From Lingula anatina (lineage: Eukaryota > Animalia > Brachiopoda): a stretch of 64,000 bases of DNA. The notes below the pieces were generated by a model. That model was given only the letters and a program-made list of their open reading frames with translations, was not told the DNA's origin and made no database searches. Made by a program: the position numbers and the translations under genes. Position 1 is the stretch's first letter. Each line of letters starts with the position of its first letter. Location of the stretch: positions 11,864,567 to 11,928,566 of the forward strand of contig CM120644.1 in NCBI GenBank assembly GCA_051362555.1. Direction: 5' to 3'. Shown piece after piece: positions 37,800-52,300 of this stretch.

Positions 37800-40311
37800 T
37801 TTTGTTTTGCCTTTGTAACGTTGAATTGTAGCCTTTTCGAATGAAATTTATTAATTTGGGCATGTAAATCTCCAATTTTTTCAGTGTGTGGCAGCGTGCT
37901 ACAAATGAAAAAGCACTGCACTGTTGTATTGCTGTCAACAAACACAAACTTGTCGCAACTACTACATTTCACTCATGCGATTATTTTTCATCTATGTACA
38001 TAAAGAGTCCCGCGCCCTTTTGGCTGTCAAGTTACTACCATGGTGTGGTACGGTAGTTCACAAATGAAGAAAGAAAACAAATTGCTACTCCGAGAGGAGA
38101 TACAAATGTGCCCCAGATAGCCGCCAGGTATGGCGCATCTCGTTAGACCGAGTTACAGAAGGATGGATGACACTAGTGATGCCGCCTATAAATTACCACG
38201 AAGTGGAGGCCCGCATAAGACTTGTGTTAGGGACGACAGGTGTATTTTATGCTGTTAAACCGTGCAGCGAATTAACTTTGCATTGGTCGTGCAGCTTGCA
38301 GGATGAGGTAAACAAGATAACTGTTCAAAGAAGACCTCATGCTACATGAATAAATATCAGGGTTAAAATCCACGATCACATATTACGGAGGCGAGAGAAA
38401 TACAAAACTTTGCAGGAATGGAGATTATGGAGATTTGTTGTGGATATATTGTTTCACGGAAAAACATCGGCATAAGAAGAAGGAAGCACCACTCTTTGAG
38501 AACTCATTTAGTTTTGAAATGTAAAACAATACCAAACATTAGCCATAATTGTTAACTTAAAGAACGACTTTGTAAATTTGTTATTGTACCTTTTTTTTCG
38601 GCATTAAAAAAACAAGAATAGTTGCTCCATTTTTATCGTCAAATCTTTCACAATATGTTTTCTAGTGACCACAGTGCTCTGAGGGAACATACAATCTTTA
38701 ATTTCAAAAAGAAAAAAATAATTCAATTTCTATGGTCTTTGCTTTTTGCACTCAATACATTTTTGCATTTAACTTTGCTTTTTGCATTTGTATTTATTCC
38801 TTTAGAATTGACATCGTAGTTGCATTTAATCATATATGGTGTGTTAAAAAAACATTCATATTCAAGTACAGAAAATGGAACTAGGAAGAATTTAGAAATC
38901 TCTAATCACCCTTTTAATTGCTGTTCTCATTAAGGCCATTACAACGCGATTAATCATAAAAACACCCATGACAAAAAAGAACAACGACAAATATCAGTCG
39001 TTCATTCAAAATAAAAATTTCTTTATAATAGATAAAATTGTGCATATCAATAAATAATTACAAGACACCCATTTTACCATTGTGTTAGTAAATGATACAT
39101 GACCCCTACCCTAATTAAGTTACAGGTAATAGTTTAAAATATAAATGGCGTATTAAACTGTCTTGAACCGCAACACAAGGGGCTGATTCAGGCTGTATGT
39201 ATATATATTTTTAATCTTAGAGTCATGAACTTGTCCCATGAAGGGGGTCTGGGGACAATCCAATTTAAGATAGTTCAGCAGAAAACATGACTACGGCGAT
39301 GATTTGCCCTTTCTGATCAAAGGGAGACGCTTCCTGATCACATGACATTTGAGGTGGTTACGTTTGAGAGGCAGATTATACCTCCACGTGAATTTTTACA
39401 TTAAATGCAGAGAGGGACAATGAAAAGAATCTGCTGCGGTTTTTTTTTTCTTTTTTGATGTCATGAAAATGTTTCCTTGTTTTATTCGTGATGAATTGGA
39501 TAGCCTGAATCCGCCCCTTGCAACTAGTGCCCTCTAACCTGAGCTTTTCAACGTATAAACAACGCTCCAACATTGGACCCCTTACAAGAGGTTATTTTTA
39601 TAAATAAACAACATCATTAAAATACTCTTCTATCGGTTAAAATGAAAGGTATATCAAAATCCGTATAGATGAACTAAAGTTCGAGCATATCTAATTATTT
39701 TTCTCTCAGACTTTTATCACTAAAACTCTCATTACCCTCCCTAAGTGCGATCTAAGGCAGAGAGGATATCAAGTGTGACGCGTGAAAAATGGTTACAGTA
39801 AATTCCCAAAATAAAAACAACCGCCTTGAGTAAAATGGACCCTTTGCTTTTTGGTCTTCCCCGGAGCTCTTAATGACAAAAAGGACCTAGTAGAGAGCAT
39901 ATCGAGGGCATATTTGTCAATGTCGACCACGTCTCTGACATGAAAATTACGCGTTTGTCACATTTACCTTTTTGTTTATGTTGAATTTAGTAGAACGAGT
40001 TAACTAACTAGTGTACGACTTTTGTGTATATTAAACAATGATAAAATTTAGGAAAGTCTGACATGTTTCTTGATAATAAACGCACCACCACCATTGTTAG
40101 TGATCAAAAATTAAATTTGTCATACAAATAATCTATCAGTTCCAATGATAAAGTGCAAAGTTAGTCTAAATAGAATACAGTGGGCCCTCAGGCCACTTAA
40201 GTCTTGCTTGTTTCGTGATGGCAATTCTTTTGTAGCTTTAAGTTTCCAAAAGTGTTTTCATGAAATCTGCCACATGGCCCGTCGCTGTCCGTATTTTGCC
40301 ATAGATCCGTA

Positions 40312-43300
40312 TTATTTTCGTTTCCTCATGCACAGTTCCTGACACCTGCTCTGGAACGACGTTGGTAGTCGACGGCAGTTGCTCAGGCATGATAAAGGCT
40401 GTGGATTGTCCGTGAAAACGAACATGGGCAATGTCTGAAAGGGAAAAAAGTAACACTCGATCTAAATTTCCATTTATATGTGGTAATGATTTACTTCGTT
40501 GAAGTCAAAAAGATAAAATAGATTTTTATTGACCTGTTGTATACGTCAAACCAAAGTATCCATAAGTAAATTGTATCGAAAAGGGGTTGTTCAATTCTAT
40601 AAATTCGCAAGAATTTCGCAACAATTTGACTAATGACATCATAGGCCGCATTCACATCGAGTTGAGCCATGGCTCTACAAAGCCACGACCTAAATATGGC
40701 GGACGTACATGAAAGGAAAACCGCCTAACCTTTTAATAGTCTCTCCGCCTTTCACACGCCTCCCCATGTGTCGTCCCAATGGAGCCGAGATTTAATGACT
40801 GTACCCCCGCAGGGACGACGCACGGGGAGGCGTGTGAGAGGCGTAGAGACTATTAAAAGATAAGGCGGTTTTCCTTTCATGTACGTCCGCCATATTTAGA
40901 TCGTGGCTTTGTAGAGCCATGGCTCAACTCGATGTGAATGCGGCCACAGTCTCATTAATCATCTCTTTTGCAATTCGGACGAAACGTGGCAAGATTTACA
41001 AAAATAGTCTACCAGAATTGCTAGGCTACATGTTCTGTCATGTAATGATGATTTCAATAGTTTTATCTATACACGTTACAGTTTAGTCTTCAGACGGCAT
41101 AATGGTGTAACGGTACGTAGCTCTTACCGAAGCAGTTGTGGTGGTCGTGGCCGGGGTAGTAGTAGTGGTCGCGGTGGATGGCGTACTTGGCGCCGTGATG
41201 GGCGCCTGAGTGGGCCGGAACGCTAAAATTAAAATATATAAGGTACAGAAATAAATACTATTGCAATATGTTGAATTTTCTTTTTTTTTTTATTTATTCA
41301 TTTATTTATTTATTGGCATTAATTATAATTTAAATTATTTTTCTTGTATTGTCATTGGAAGAATTATACAAAAATTCATTTTAAGTTGAAATTCACTGTA
41401 GTGATATATGAATAAAAAGACCTGTAATACGAGGTTCACTGCTCTGAGCATTTACGATGAGAAAATAATAATAATAATAATAATAAAATTAATACTCACG
41501 GACATTTGGGTTACCACCTGTGCAAAGACAAAACAATCAATTGATTACCGTATAAGGTATACAGAATATCACTAAGACTATGATAAAAAAAATACCCTGA
41601 AGATTGTTCCATGCACATGTAGAACAGACACTGTGACACCGTTTTTAAGACGGCTAGGTCTGTTATTTTTTTTTCAACAAGTTAATGTTCAAAACAATGA
41701 CAAATGATTGTCCAAGCCACCGCCAGAAATTTGTACTGATGCACTCTTACTGAACTAGTAGTAACATAAAATAAAATGTTTAAAAGAGAAAACAAACACT
41801 AATAACAAACACTAAAAGCGTTCTGAGATTATATTGTGTAATACATCAATGCAGCAAAAGTTCTCGTAATACTTTTCTTGTAAAATATTGTTCTTTTCCG
41901 GCGATTAGTATTTTCTTCAAAATTGAATCAAAACTTCCAATTAGCAATATCAGACATATAGAAATATTTACAAATGTCGTATATTTTGCAGGTAACCTGA
42001 ATAGGTTCAAGGTCACCTCCATGGGACTTTTCCGCTAAAATAGATTTTCATGGGGAAAAGGGCCATTTTTCTCTACTCACAAACTATTACTTGACCCGTC
42101 CCTGTATTTGGATTCGATGTTTTAATCCACTTTTAATTTGACTGACCAGCCATTATAACGACATCTGCCATCACGCGCAATGCCTCGTTTTCACACAAGA
42201 AAATGTTTTGTATCGTGCCCCATTGTCTTGTATAATACAGACATTGCAAGCTGGCAATGGCTACAGCATGGGGGAACATAAGGTACTAACGACACAAGCT
42301 ACGCTTCAGATAAACATTATCTACACGGTTTTTTGTCTTTAGAGTCTGAATTTGGCAATATAAGAAGCTTTACAAGACATGCATATGACTGTGTGGGATT
42401 TACCATACGTGCAGAGAACCTCTAAATATTAACTTTGTCGGAAAAATCCCATGGAGTGTCCCTTTAATCATTGGATTTATAACTGGATGTTACTTGTTGT
42501 TCACATGAAGCGTTACGTTCAATTTTTCCTTCAGTTTATTCGTATTCAACACAGAAACTGTGGTATTTTGTGCTGATATCTCAGAAAGTGTGCAAGTACT
42601 TACCGAAAAACGGAGGGACTGAAAATAAAAATTATACAAATAGTTTTAGTGAGTACTTTTTTGTTTCGAATAAAATTAACAAATAACATTCATATTTTGC
42701 AGTAAACTAGAGTCACAAATCGTTGGACGAATAAAGTAACACCTTTTGATGATACTGATTGATACCTGCAATACACATTTCACAATTTTCTATTATGGCA
42801 ATATACAAACTTTAGTATTTCTCTTGATTTAAATGGTATGAAAATGTATTTGGCCTGCGCACCAAGGTTAAAACTGTCTATACACACTTACATACCTAAT
42901 ACCTAAATGCTGTGAATAATAATACATCAAAGGATATGTTGATGTGGGTTAAGGGAAGGAACGATGAAACGAAAGGTCATGAAAAAATAAAAGATGATAA
43001 CACAAGCATGACTATGATATGCACACACATTACTATGTTTTTACATACATACACACATACATACATACATACATACATACTTGGTCAAAAAGATCCGACC
43101 TTTAGTCCTAAGTACTCTTGGTTACAAATGACCATGTGGCAGCTATTGACCGTTTTAAATAAGGTTTTTGAATTCCACAGGTTGAGAAAAGCTAAAATAC
43201 CGGTGAAATTATCCATATTTTGCATCATTTATTCCAATTAAGAACTTGCACCTCCTCAAATATGGTTTTCCACAATGATTTACATTGAAGTAAAAATGGC

Positions 43301-46300
43301 CAAAAAATTCAGAAGACGCCACCGAATGTCATCAATCTTATCCACCATTAGCAGTTTGTGCTCTTTAGACTGAATGAACAATTAAAAAAAAACATGGGTA
43401 TGAAATACACCTCAAACGTGGATGGACCCAGACCCTTACAAACAATCTTCCAAGAGAAATCTCACAACATGCCTTGGGGCTCTCTCTGAGACCTGTGGTC
43501 GTGACCTATTTACCCGACATCTCACTCCATTTGCAAGATGTGACTTCATAAACGATTACAGACCACCCCATGATAACGCGTTTGCTCCCTTTTCTCGTCT
43601 GGTGATTGATTTTTTGCAGAAACGCAATATTCTGAGGAGGGAACAACCATATTTGAGCTTGAATGCAAACCCCATTGCCCAGCAAACACAGAACATTATT
43701 ATAAGGTTACTATAACGTTTTACGCTTTGAGGATTCATGTTGGTTCACCATATAGATCTTGATAAAAATAGAAGTGTATATATTGATGCACCTTGAAAGA
43801 TCTACATTATAGTTGTTAAATACAATCCGAGCTTTCGGCCCCTGGGCCTTCTTCGGGGATTACCCAGGGGCCGAAAGCTCGGATTGTATATAACAACTAT
43901 AGTGTAGATCTTTCAAGGTGCATCAATATATACACTTCTATAACCTTTTACATGACCGAAAAATGTAACGCCAACATTATGGTAACGTTATAAAACCCTA
44001 TGTGTTTGCTGGGTCAGTACCTGAGCGATGATTTGGATTGTGCGATGCAAAGAACCATTCCCCTTATTATCTGAAACAACTTCTCTTCAGGAGAAATGGG
44101 GCAATATCCCACAAAACAGACCCGTAGCCATTGCTGGAGGCATGTGGCGCCGTCTACAGGGGATACACATGTAAGTGCAGTACTCCGTAAAACAGGCTAA
44201 TAGACACGTGGATTATATAGAATACCTTCTGATGATTGTTGTGTAAAGATTTGATGACATTCCGTGGCGTCTTTTTACACTTGAGGGGATGCAAGTTCTG
44301 GATATGTATAGAATATAGTTATTTGCACCGGTATTTTAGCTTTTGTTAACCGTTAAGTCATGTTAAATTTGGTACTTGGAATAGTAAAACGCTATTCGAA
44401 ACGGTTAAGAGCTGTCATGCAATCATTTGTAAACAAAAGTACATAGGACTAACGGTGGGACAACCTGGAACAAGAGTGTATATACATACACACACACATA
44501 GCCTACATACATACATACATAAATACATACATACAAACATACATACATACATACATACATAGCCTACATACATACATACATAAATACATACATACAAACA
44601 TACATACATACATACATACATAGCCTACATACATAGCCTACATACATACATAGCCTACATACCAAAATTGCAAAAATAAACTTACCTCCAGGTGGAACAG
44701 GAAAAGGTACTGGTGGCAGGACTTTTAAGAAAAAAGAACATTTTAGATAACTTAATTCAATTCAAGTGTATTCTCAGTTAAACGGAGAGCCCGAATGTGG
44801 CAACTAAACAACTGCTTGAAATACAGTAATAACGCAGATTCTACAAATGACCGTTAAAAAGATACTTCAAAATACTTTTAGGAGTAAGAATATTAATATT
44901 ACAAATACTCGAAAATTGTGTACCAAAAACGTTTTTACAAGTTTTTTTGCATTTGCCTTGCACTCACCAGGGAAGCCAGGGATGCCAGGGAAGCCGGGGA
45001 GACCAGGGATGACGGGAAGCGCTGGATTTATCATAAATAATACAACATCACTAATATGTTTCAAAATGCACTTTTTCTTTTTTTTATCTTTTTTTTTTTC
45101 AATTTCATGTTACACCCACTTCAAATTCGTTAAGTACTAGATGAGGTATATTACAGTGTACATCTACGATCATTTTACAATAATACTTACTCGATGCTAT
45201 CGGTTCTTTTATTTCAACTTACCTGGTTGCGTCATATTGAGGTTAACTAAAAGGTAACGAAAGGCAGAAAGCATTAAAATTATGCGTTATACAAACGTCT
45301 CGTGAAATTGGAGCATTTACCCCTCTTTATTGAGTAAGTTAATTTTTAAAGAAAATACAATATTGAAATCATTATTTTTTGTTTAATGTTTTACCAGATT
45401 TTAATGAAATTGTGATACTTACTTATTGCCTGCGACAATGCAGTTACTGTAAATAGAAAATAAAAATTGAAATAAGAATAACAATGGTTGCACGTGGAAT
45501 TATAATGTGCGTTGTCCAATAACGTTGCAAAAAACGTTGACCAAACGTTGCATATTAATTTGCTAAAATCTGACGTAGATCACAAAGCGCCAACACTGAT
45601 TTCACGATCAGCTTATATTAAAAAGATTTTGTTGATTTAATGTTGAAGAGGGACTAAGTTGAAGTACCGACATATAATCAAAAGCTGGAGTTAAATTCCA
45701 TAACCTTGCATCAAACCAGCAGAATGGCAAAATTTTGCTTTACGTGCTCCAAAAAGATGTTTCCTCTGTCGTAAATGAGCATAAATTCAGACATGGGAAA
45801 AAACATACCCTCTTCCAAGACCTCAGATTAATGATGTCCACTTTTCTCTTTAAGAATGGAGAAATGTCCACAAGTTAACTAGAGACATATGTGTGAATAT
45901 CTAGCGCAAAATCTATCTGTGGCCCTGGTAGAGATAAGGAAAAACTTTTGGAGATAATGAAGGTCTGGAGGGTTCCCTTAGTCTATGTTTACATGTGATT
46001 CATTTTTATGTATTGTATTTCACCTAAACCTTGCTGGTCCAAAAGACCAGCGATATCTATTTTTTTCTGGTCCTCTGGCATTTCAAACAGCCATGAAATG
46101 TCGGACAGGCAGTTTCCCCATGTCTGATAAATTGGGCACTGATTCAACATTTAATCTACAATTTTATGCCAGCTGGTATGACACTGATGTCCACAACAAA
46201 AAAAAAATAAAACTCTCAGTTTTTTAACCTTCCTTCTATATATTGGATGATAAAACAGATACTCAACAATATAACTGGACTAGGAAAGTGCAAATTAAAG

Positions 46301-49300
46301 AAACTTTCTATTCAAAAAGTTAGTATTTCGATGAGTACTTGAGCAGTGCGCCCGTGAGACTGAATACAACATAATAAGTTGATTGAATCATTACTTACGT
46401 GGAGCAATTACGTTACCGCCAGTGACTGGAAAAGAAAGTTTTATGGTTACAAATTGAACACGTATTTTTTTCGGCAGATCGTAGGCCCTACCTATATTTC
46501 ATCTGTCTCAATGCAAATGAAAGCGGTTGAATTGTGCGATAAAACGATAATTTTCAAAAACAATCAAAACGACCAGAAGGACGTAAAACGGGAATAATGG
46601 AGACAGAAATATCAGCGAAAATTTTGATTAAAAATACATTTTATCACATAAAAGACATGAACAGAATAAATTACACTATCTAACATTAATAAACATAATC
46701 TTGGTTTGTACGTTGTTTCTACTTACGCAACGCTTGCACCAAGTTGACTGAAATAAAGGGGAAAAACTCACTTGAAATCAGATCAGGCAACCACAAAAAT
46801 GACTGAAACCGACCTAGCTGTAATAATCCTTTAAATGACTTACATGTACATTACGAATGTTGAATAGCAAGGGAGGGCACCACTTTCCCTGATGCGAGCA
46901 TACCCACATCAATATTTCATATGTTATAAATGTTTGTCACAAGAATCAAGGGGTTGAAACAAACTTTCAGCTGAGATATGCTTGTACTTTAATAATTCCC
47001 AATAATTGAATACAAACAAAATACTAAAGACTACAGAAACGGAATCTGACAAAATTTCTTGCCATTCTAAAAACGTATTAACTGATGAATTTACTAATAA
47101 TATTTTTAAAAACGTGGACAACTTACTGAGAGGCGCTATTATGGGATTGTTGGCTGAAAATAAATTAATAAAAAGTAATTATATTTGACATAAAAACCAA
47201 AGAAATATAAGACTAAAAAATGTTCATAATCCAAAATTGTAAAATGGAGTCTTGGTTCTCATTTGAACATTCTGTTGTACATATACTGTACTGATTCAAT
47301 TTTTTGGCCTTTAAATCAACTCTCGATTTTCTCAATGCATTTTGTGAAAGAGGTGTGATCGGAAAGGTCGTCACAGGAATAGGAGCCCGGTGAAAAGAGA
47401 CCGAGTACCGAGTTCGAGCTTCATTAGATTCACACAGGTCACGGTTAGAGTAACGAGGGTGGGTCGAAATCTAGGACGAGGCTCACCTGTACAATATCAA
47501 CGGGAAACCTACCCCATATCAAGCTATATCACAGGGTAATCTCTCGTACATATATCACGGAGGGTCCACATGATTAAGGTTTAGCAGAAGAGTCGGGGTC
47601 AGTTTTTGTGAACAAAACCACCTGACAACGGTTCCTCAGTGTACGCCGATAACAGACATTCGAATGCAAGAACAAATACTAAATAACCAGTTTAAAGTAT
47701 CAAGGCATAAAAACGCAATATTGTTTTCCGGAAAATAGAAGCAAAAGATAGATAAAAACCCCTGTGCAAAGGGGAGACAATTCAGTGTATTCTTCTGTGT
47801 TTGTGTGTGTGTGTGTGAGAGAGAGAGAGAGTAGTGATACATACGCATAGCAATAGCAGCCTGCAACAATTGGCTGAGGATGGCTGAAATGTAATATAAG
47901 TAAAAAATAGAAATAAGTGCCTAATCTTTATAACAAGGCGATGATCGTAATGGCAGGCTACAATAATATGATGTCAAATTCGAATTATGAAGTAGGTCGA
48001 ATAACCTTAGCATGGCCCATAGAATATTACAACGGTAACATAAAAATATAGCATTGGTCTTAATGAACTCGTACAAATCAAAGGGCGATATGTGATAATG
48101 ATATATGATGGTAAATGTTATATTTCTTCTGAAAGATTTATTGCAAGGCCTAATTATAGACATACACACATACATTAACGCGTAGTCTTATCTGTCAAAT
48201 TAAAAGGAAAAACCGGTATTTCAAAATACAATACAAGTTAATGAAATATCTCACGATAAATGTTATATTTTAATCCGATATTAATAGGATTTACTAATGC
48301 AGCTTAATAACAGTAGCATAGTTTGTCTTACCTTGCAAAGCGGCTGTCAGAACAGTTCCGCCAGTTCCAGTTCCTGGAACTTAAACGAAAAAAAAAACAT
48401 TCGATCAACTATTTTCTTAGGCTAAGAAAATTAAATAATATAAACTAGTAATAGTTATCTTTTACGTCCATCGCCTATTTATATCATTCTCATTTACACA
48501 TAGAGGCTTCAATTTTTCTTCAAAGTATAAGACTGACACATAAGTGAGCTGGAAGCCATTTCACAACCTCACTACGGAATTCATTACTTGTAATAAAATT
48601 GCTTATGCGATGATTGGGCGAGAAGAATAGAATTCCCAGCACCTAAGACCCCATTCAGATAGACATATCGTATTAGTTGGGTCCCTCCAACTCTGAGGGG
48701 GATTTTTGCTAGGTGCAATCAGTGGAATCAGCTTAATTGTCTAACGTGCTTCCTCTTGCAGCCAGGGGGTATTTATGCCGAGCGCACACGGAAGTTAACT
48801 ACGTAATTAAAAAACTAAAACAAGCCAATTAAATAAACTAGGTCATGTACAACCTACCTAAATGTTCCCTAAGGAGCCTAACACTTATCCCCTACATTAT
48901 GCTACCTACAGACATAACTAGAATTATGTTATTTGAATAAATTATGTATTAAAAGATAGGTGGATTTAGATCATGAAAAAGGTTCTATAGGCTTTTCCGG
49001 ATATGAATCACATCCATGAAACCACGTGCTATCAAGCACGTGTTTATTTCCGCATAAATAGTCAACCCTCTTAACGCTATCCTTACGTACCTGGACATGT
49101 GGTCAGCTTGACATGGTTGACATTAGCGTTCGCAACGAGCATGCCACACGCAGTTGCTGCCGTATGGAAGTAACAGGTAGTCGTTCTGAAAGGATATAAG
49201 ATTAAATATAATATCTATGAGAAATGAATGAAGAAGCGACGAGACAGACCCGTGCTCGAAAATAATGCCTAAGGGGTATTTTAACCCTTTATCATCACCC

Positions 49301-52300
49301 AGATGCCGAAAATAGGTTTTTCCTGCATCTGATTATTGAATAATGCATCCATCTTTGTGCTGATTTAAAACAATAAAAAACCCTCTAAAATATAAAATAT
49401 CGTCGTTTAAATTTCTCATTGCAGTGTATAAGCGTGGGGAATTGAAAGCTTTAATCGTCAATTTAACATCTTTCTATTTTGAGGTGAGATAGCAATCGGT
49501 ATGGGGCGTAATTGCATCCCTAAACAAGATTTTATCACGAAATGTAGCAGAGTTGTATGGGCTACTATCCCGTGCCATCAGTTTGGCTTAAATTTTTTTA
49601 TTATGGAGTTATGAGCCCCTAATTACAGATTTTCGCTAAACAAAGGCATTATTCTGCTTTATCAACGATAAAATCTGAACTAAGACTTTTAAGAAAAATC
49701 GCTGACAGGGTTTTGGGGTAGTAAAAGGTGTCATTAAACAGGCGTTGAAACGAAGATGAAATATGTGTAAATGTTAATTAATTTAGTCACTGAACACTGG
49801 AGATTTATCTATTACCCAAAAGAATGTATGTAAGGCAGTAAATAAGGGTGACAATATGATTAATACGTCTTGTTTTCCGGTATGCATTGGAGGAATGAAT
49901 AAACAAGCCAAAGGTGAAATAAGGGTAAAGAATCGGAACCCGCCTCCCCTTCCCCACTCCACCCCAATTCTACAAGAAAATGGTGGATTAAGAATAGATG
50001 TGTTTCCACAAAACAGACAACGGCCTAACACTGATTCAAACAACGGCATTTTCCACGGCCGCCTAGGTATTGAATGCTTTATTTGTTCTAATAATCTAAT
50101 TTGACAAATGGTATAATTGGTTTGCCGATTGAAAGTAGAAAAATCAGGCCCGTAGCCAACAATTGCAATTTCAAAAGGGGGGTTCTTTTTCCGAAAAAGT
50201 GGACCTTTTACAATGAATCCTTAGTGCACACAGATCAAAATTTACCCAGATTAGATCTTTTCCTGACGAAAAGGGCGGTTCTTTCGAACCCCCCCCCTCC
50301 CTCCGGCTACGGGCCTGAAAATATACCTTGAGGCTGGGTACGTGGTGAAAGAATAGCACATCTGTATTTATATACTTGATCTTGCAATTTGACAATTCAA
50401 GGAATTTGTTGACCCATCGTGGTGCAAATTGAACACAACATTAAGTGAGTATCAGAATGTTGCTGAAAAAACTGTTCTCTTTGTCAAACAGATACTCGCA
50501 TTATGATATGAACCCACGCCGTTGTGCTACACGGGCACATCAACCATAAAAAATTATGTCTGCAGTCTTTATACATGCAGATCAACAAATCACGGCAACA
50601 TCGCAGTGTTAATGGAATCGATTGTTCCAAACCACACTATAATCATCAATAAGACAATACTTCACTAAGTTATAACTTTACTTACGCAGTGTCGAAGTCA
50701 ATGGCAAAACAGTTACCATTCCCGCCACAGTTCATGGTGCACATCGCCTGAGTCGTCACTCCCGGTTGTTCAGTTCCTCCCAATATTTGCATACCGTTGT
50801 TTGTAGAGACCACCGCAGTACCTGTTTGTGATTTTTAAAAAGCGATTAAAGACGGTTTATTTAGTAATTTTACTGTTTTATTTACTGATAGAAACACATA
50901 TTTCTTCGAATCGATTTACTTTCCTATATACAGTGCCGCCGGAATGTCCCCTTACTTACCCTCCGGGTCGCTGCGGGTTGTACGGACGGCCTGGCTCGGT
51001 AACTATGGAAATAACATTGTCATCCATACGCTGTTTGGTTTCTGTTAACAATAGTTCCATACCCTGCCCGTCGTGCAATTATCGTGACAAACTTTCTGCT
51101 AACAAAAGAGCCTAACCCTAGCTCGCTGAGATAAAGATCGAAGGTGAGCGTGGTCGCAATTAAGTGTTCGTCCAAGCGTTAATTGACCTTTAATGCGCGG
51201 TGGCTTCACTCTACTTTGATCACTCTACTCTGATACGGAGATTTTAAGTATAAGAACTTGCCAACAGTGATTTTGCTTTACCAAAAAGATTCGGTGGTGA
51301 CAGCAATTTTCGTGTACATTGTAGCTATGAATTGATTGAATTTACATAGAGTTTAATAAATGAATTTATGAATTTATTAAAGTTCAAATAAAACACTACT
51401 CGTACTTGAACATGTAATACACTGATTTATTAGGCTTCAAACTGTCTTTGCTATATATATATTATTAACAAGATTGAAATTTATTTTTATAGTATGTCCT
51501 TATATTTCTATTAGCTTTGTTCATAGACGAAATGCATTTTTTCCAAAAAGACTTGTCAGTTGTTTCAGTGATAAATATTTTGTTAGCCATATCTTTAATA
51601 TAGTTCTGTCTATATTTGCATATAGGATCTCTCCCATCTACACCCGTAACATTTCTGTCCTTTCGTATTCGTTCATCAATCGTAAACAACCTTCCCATCA
51701 ACTGAACGCAAAAGTTGCCTGGGGAACTGGCCCGTTGTCGAATTTCGAATATTTCTTTATTTGACAAGGCGACGGGTGGCCGGCCGAAAGACTGATTCCT
51801 TGATTCTGTAGGACAAAAAGCATCGAAAGAAATTAATTTATAAAGCTGGATTACAATCTCTCGGGCTAACTTCACTGGTTGGCACGTGTCATTTCACATT
51901 AATTAACAATCAGTTCAGGTTAGCTTTATTCATGCTGGGTAAACACAGTGATTAAGCCCTGACTATTACATAATCACTACTGTGTGACACGCGTCGTCTA
52001 AAATTAATGTTAACATTGCGATGACGCTCTTCAATCCAAACTAATCAATTGCACATAATTCTAAATCAACTGACACGTGTCAACAGGATTGTTTGTGTAT
52101 CTGGTCTTCCTAAATGGCCAATAAATGTTTTGTATAATATGACATGTTTATGTCACTGATTTCTGTGCCATCGTGTCACCTGCCACCTGCCAAGTGAACG
52201 GTATAAATCGACACTCAGATTTTCCAGAATTCCAAGATGCCTCTTAGCGATTACGTGCGTCTGCGTTTCATCGCCCTCCGAGAACAAGGGGTGCGAATTA

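Larger units (their letters stand above)
43678..44013. mobile_element. MITE with CCCAGCAAACACA termini (CMC/EnSpm-like), nested in the Tc1 remnant
   Basis: CCCAGCAAACACA...TGTGTTTGCTGGG with subterminal TAACGTT repeats; interrupts the Tc1 frame right after NPI. Confidence 0.7.
43076..44478 (+). mobile_element. Decayed Tc1/mariner element with long TIRs
   Basis: Left TTAGTCCTAAGTACTCTTGGTTACAAATGA..AAAAGCTAAAATACCGGTG matches the reverse complement of the right end; TA/(CATA)n flanks. Internal HDNAFAPFSRLVIDFLQKRNILRREQPYLSLNANPI resembles the Tc1 QDNA..WP..SPDLNPIE segment. Confidence 0.75.

Noticed and set aside
42892-42909. Tenth micro-exon candidate (18 nt)
   Set aside because: It contains an in-frame TAG in phase 1.
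44867-45064. Collagen gene
   Set aside because: Only ~5 x-P-G triplets in one 54-nt exon; it is part of the micro-exon gene.
47354-47700. Possible solo LTR
   Set aside because: The composition is suggestive, but I could not define TG..CA ends with a TSD.
50960-51002. Extra 43-nt exon in the minus-strand gene
   Set aside because: It has an AG and a GTAAGT but is not a multiple of 3, and inclusion gives a stop in the PAN exon. At most a poison exon.
51944-51985. RSS or Transib end (CACAGTG)
   Set aside because: No nonamer and no matching distant TIR.
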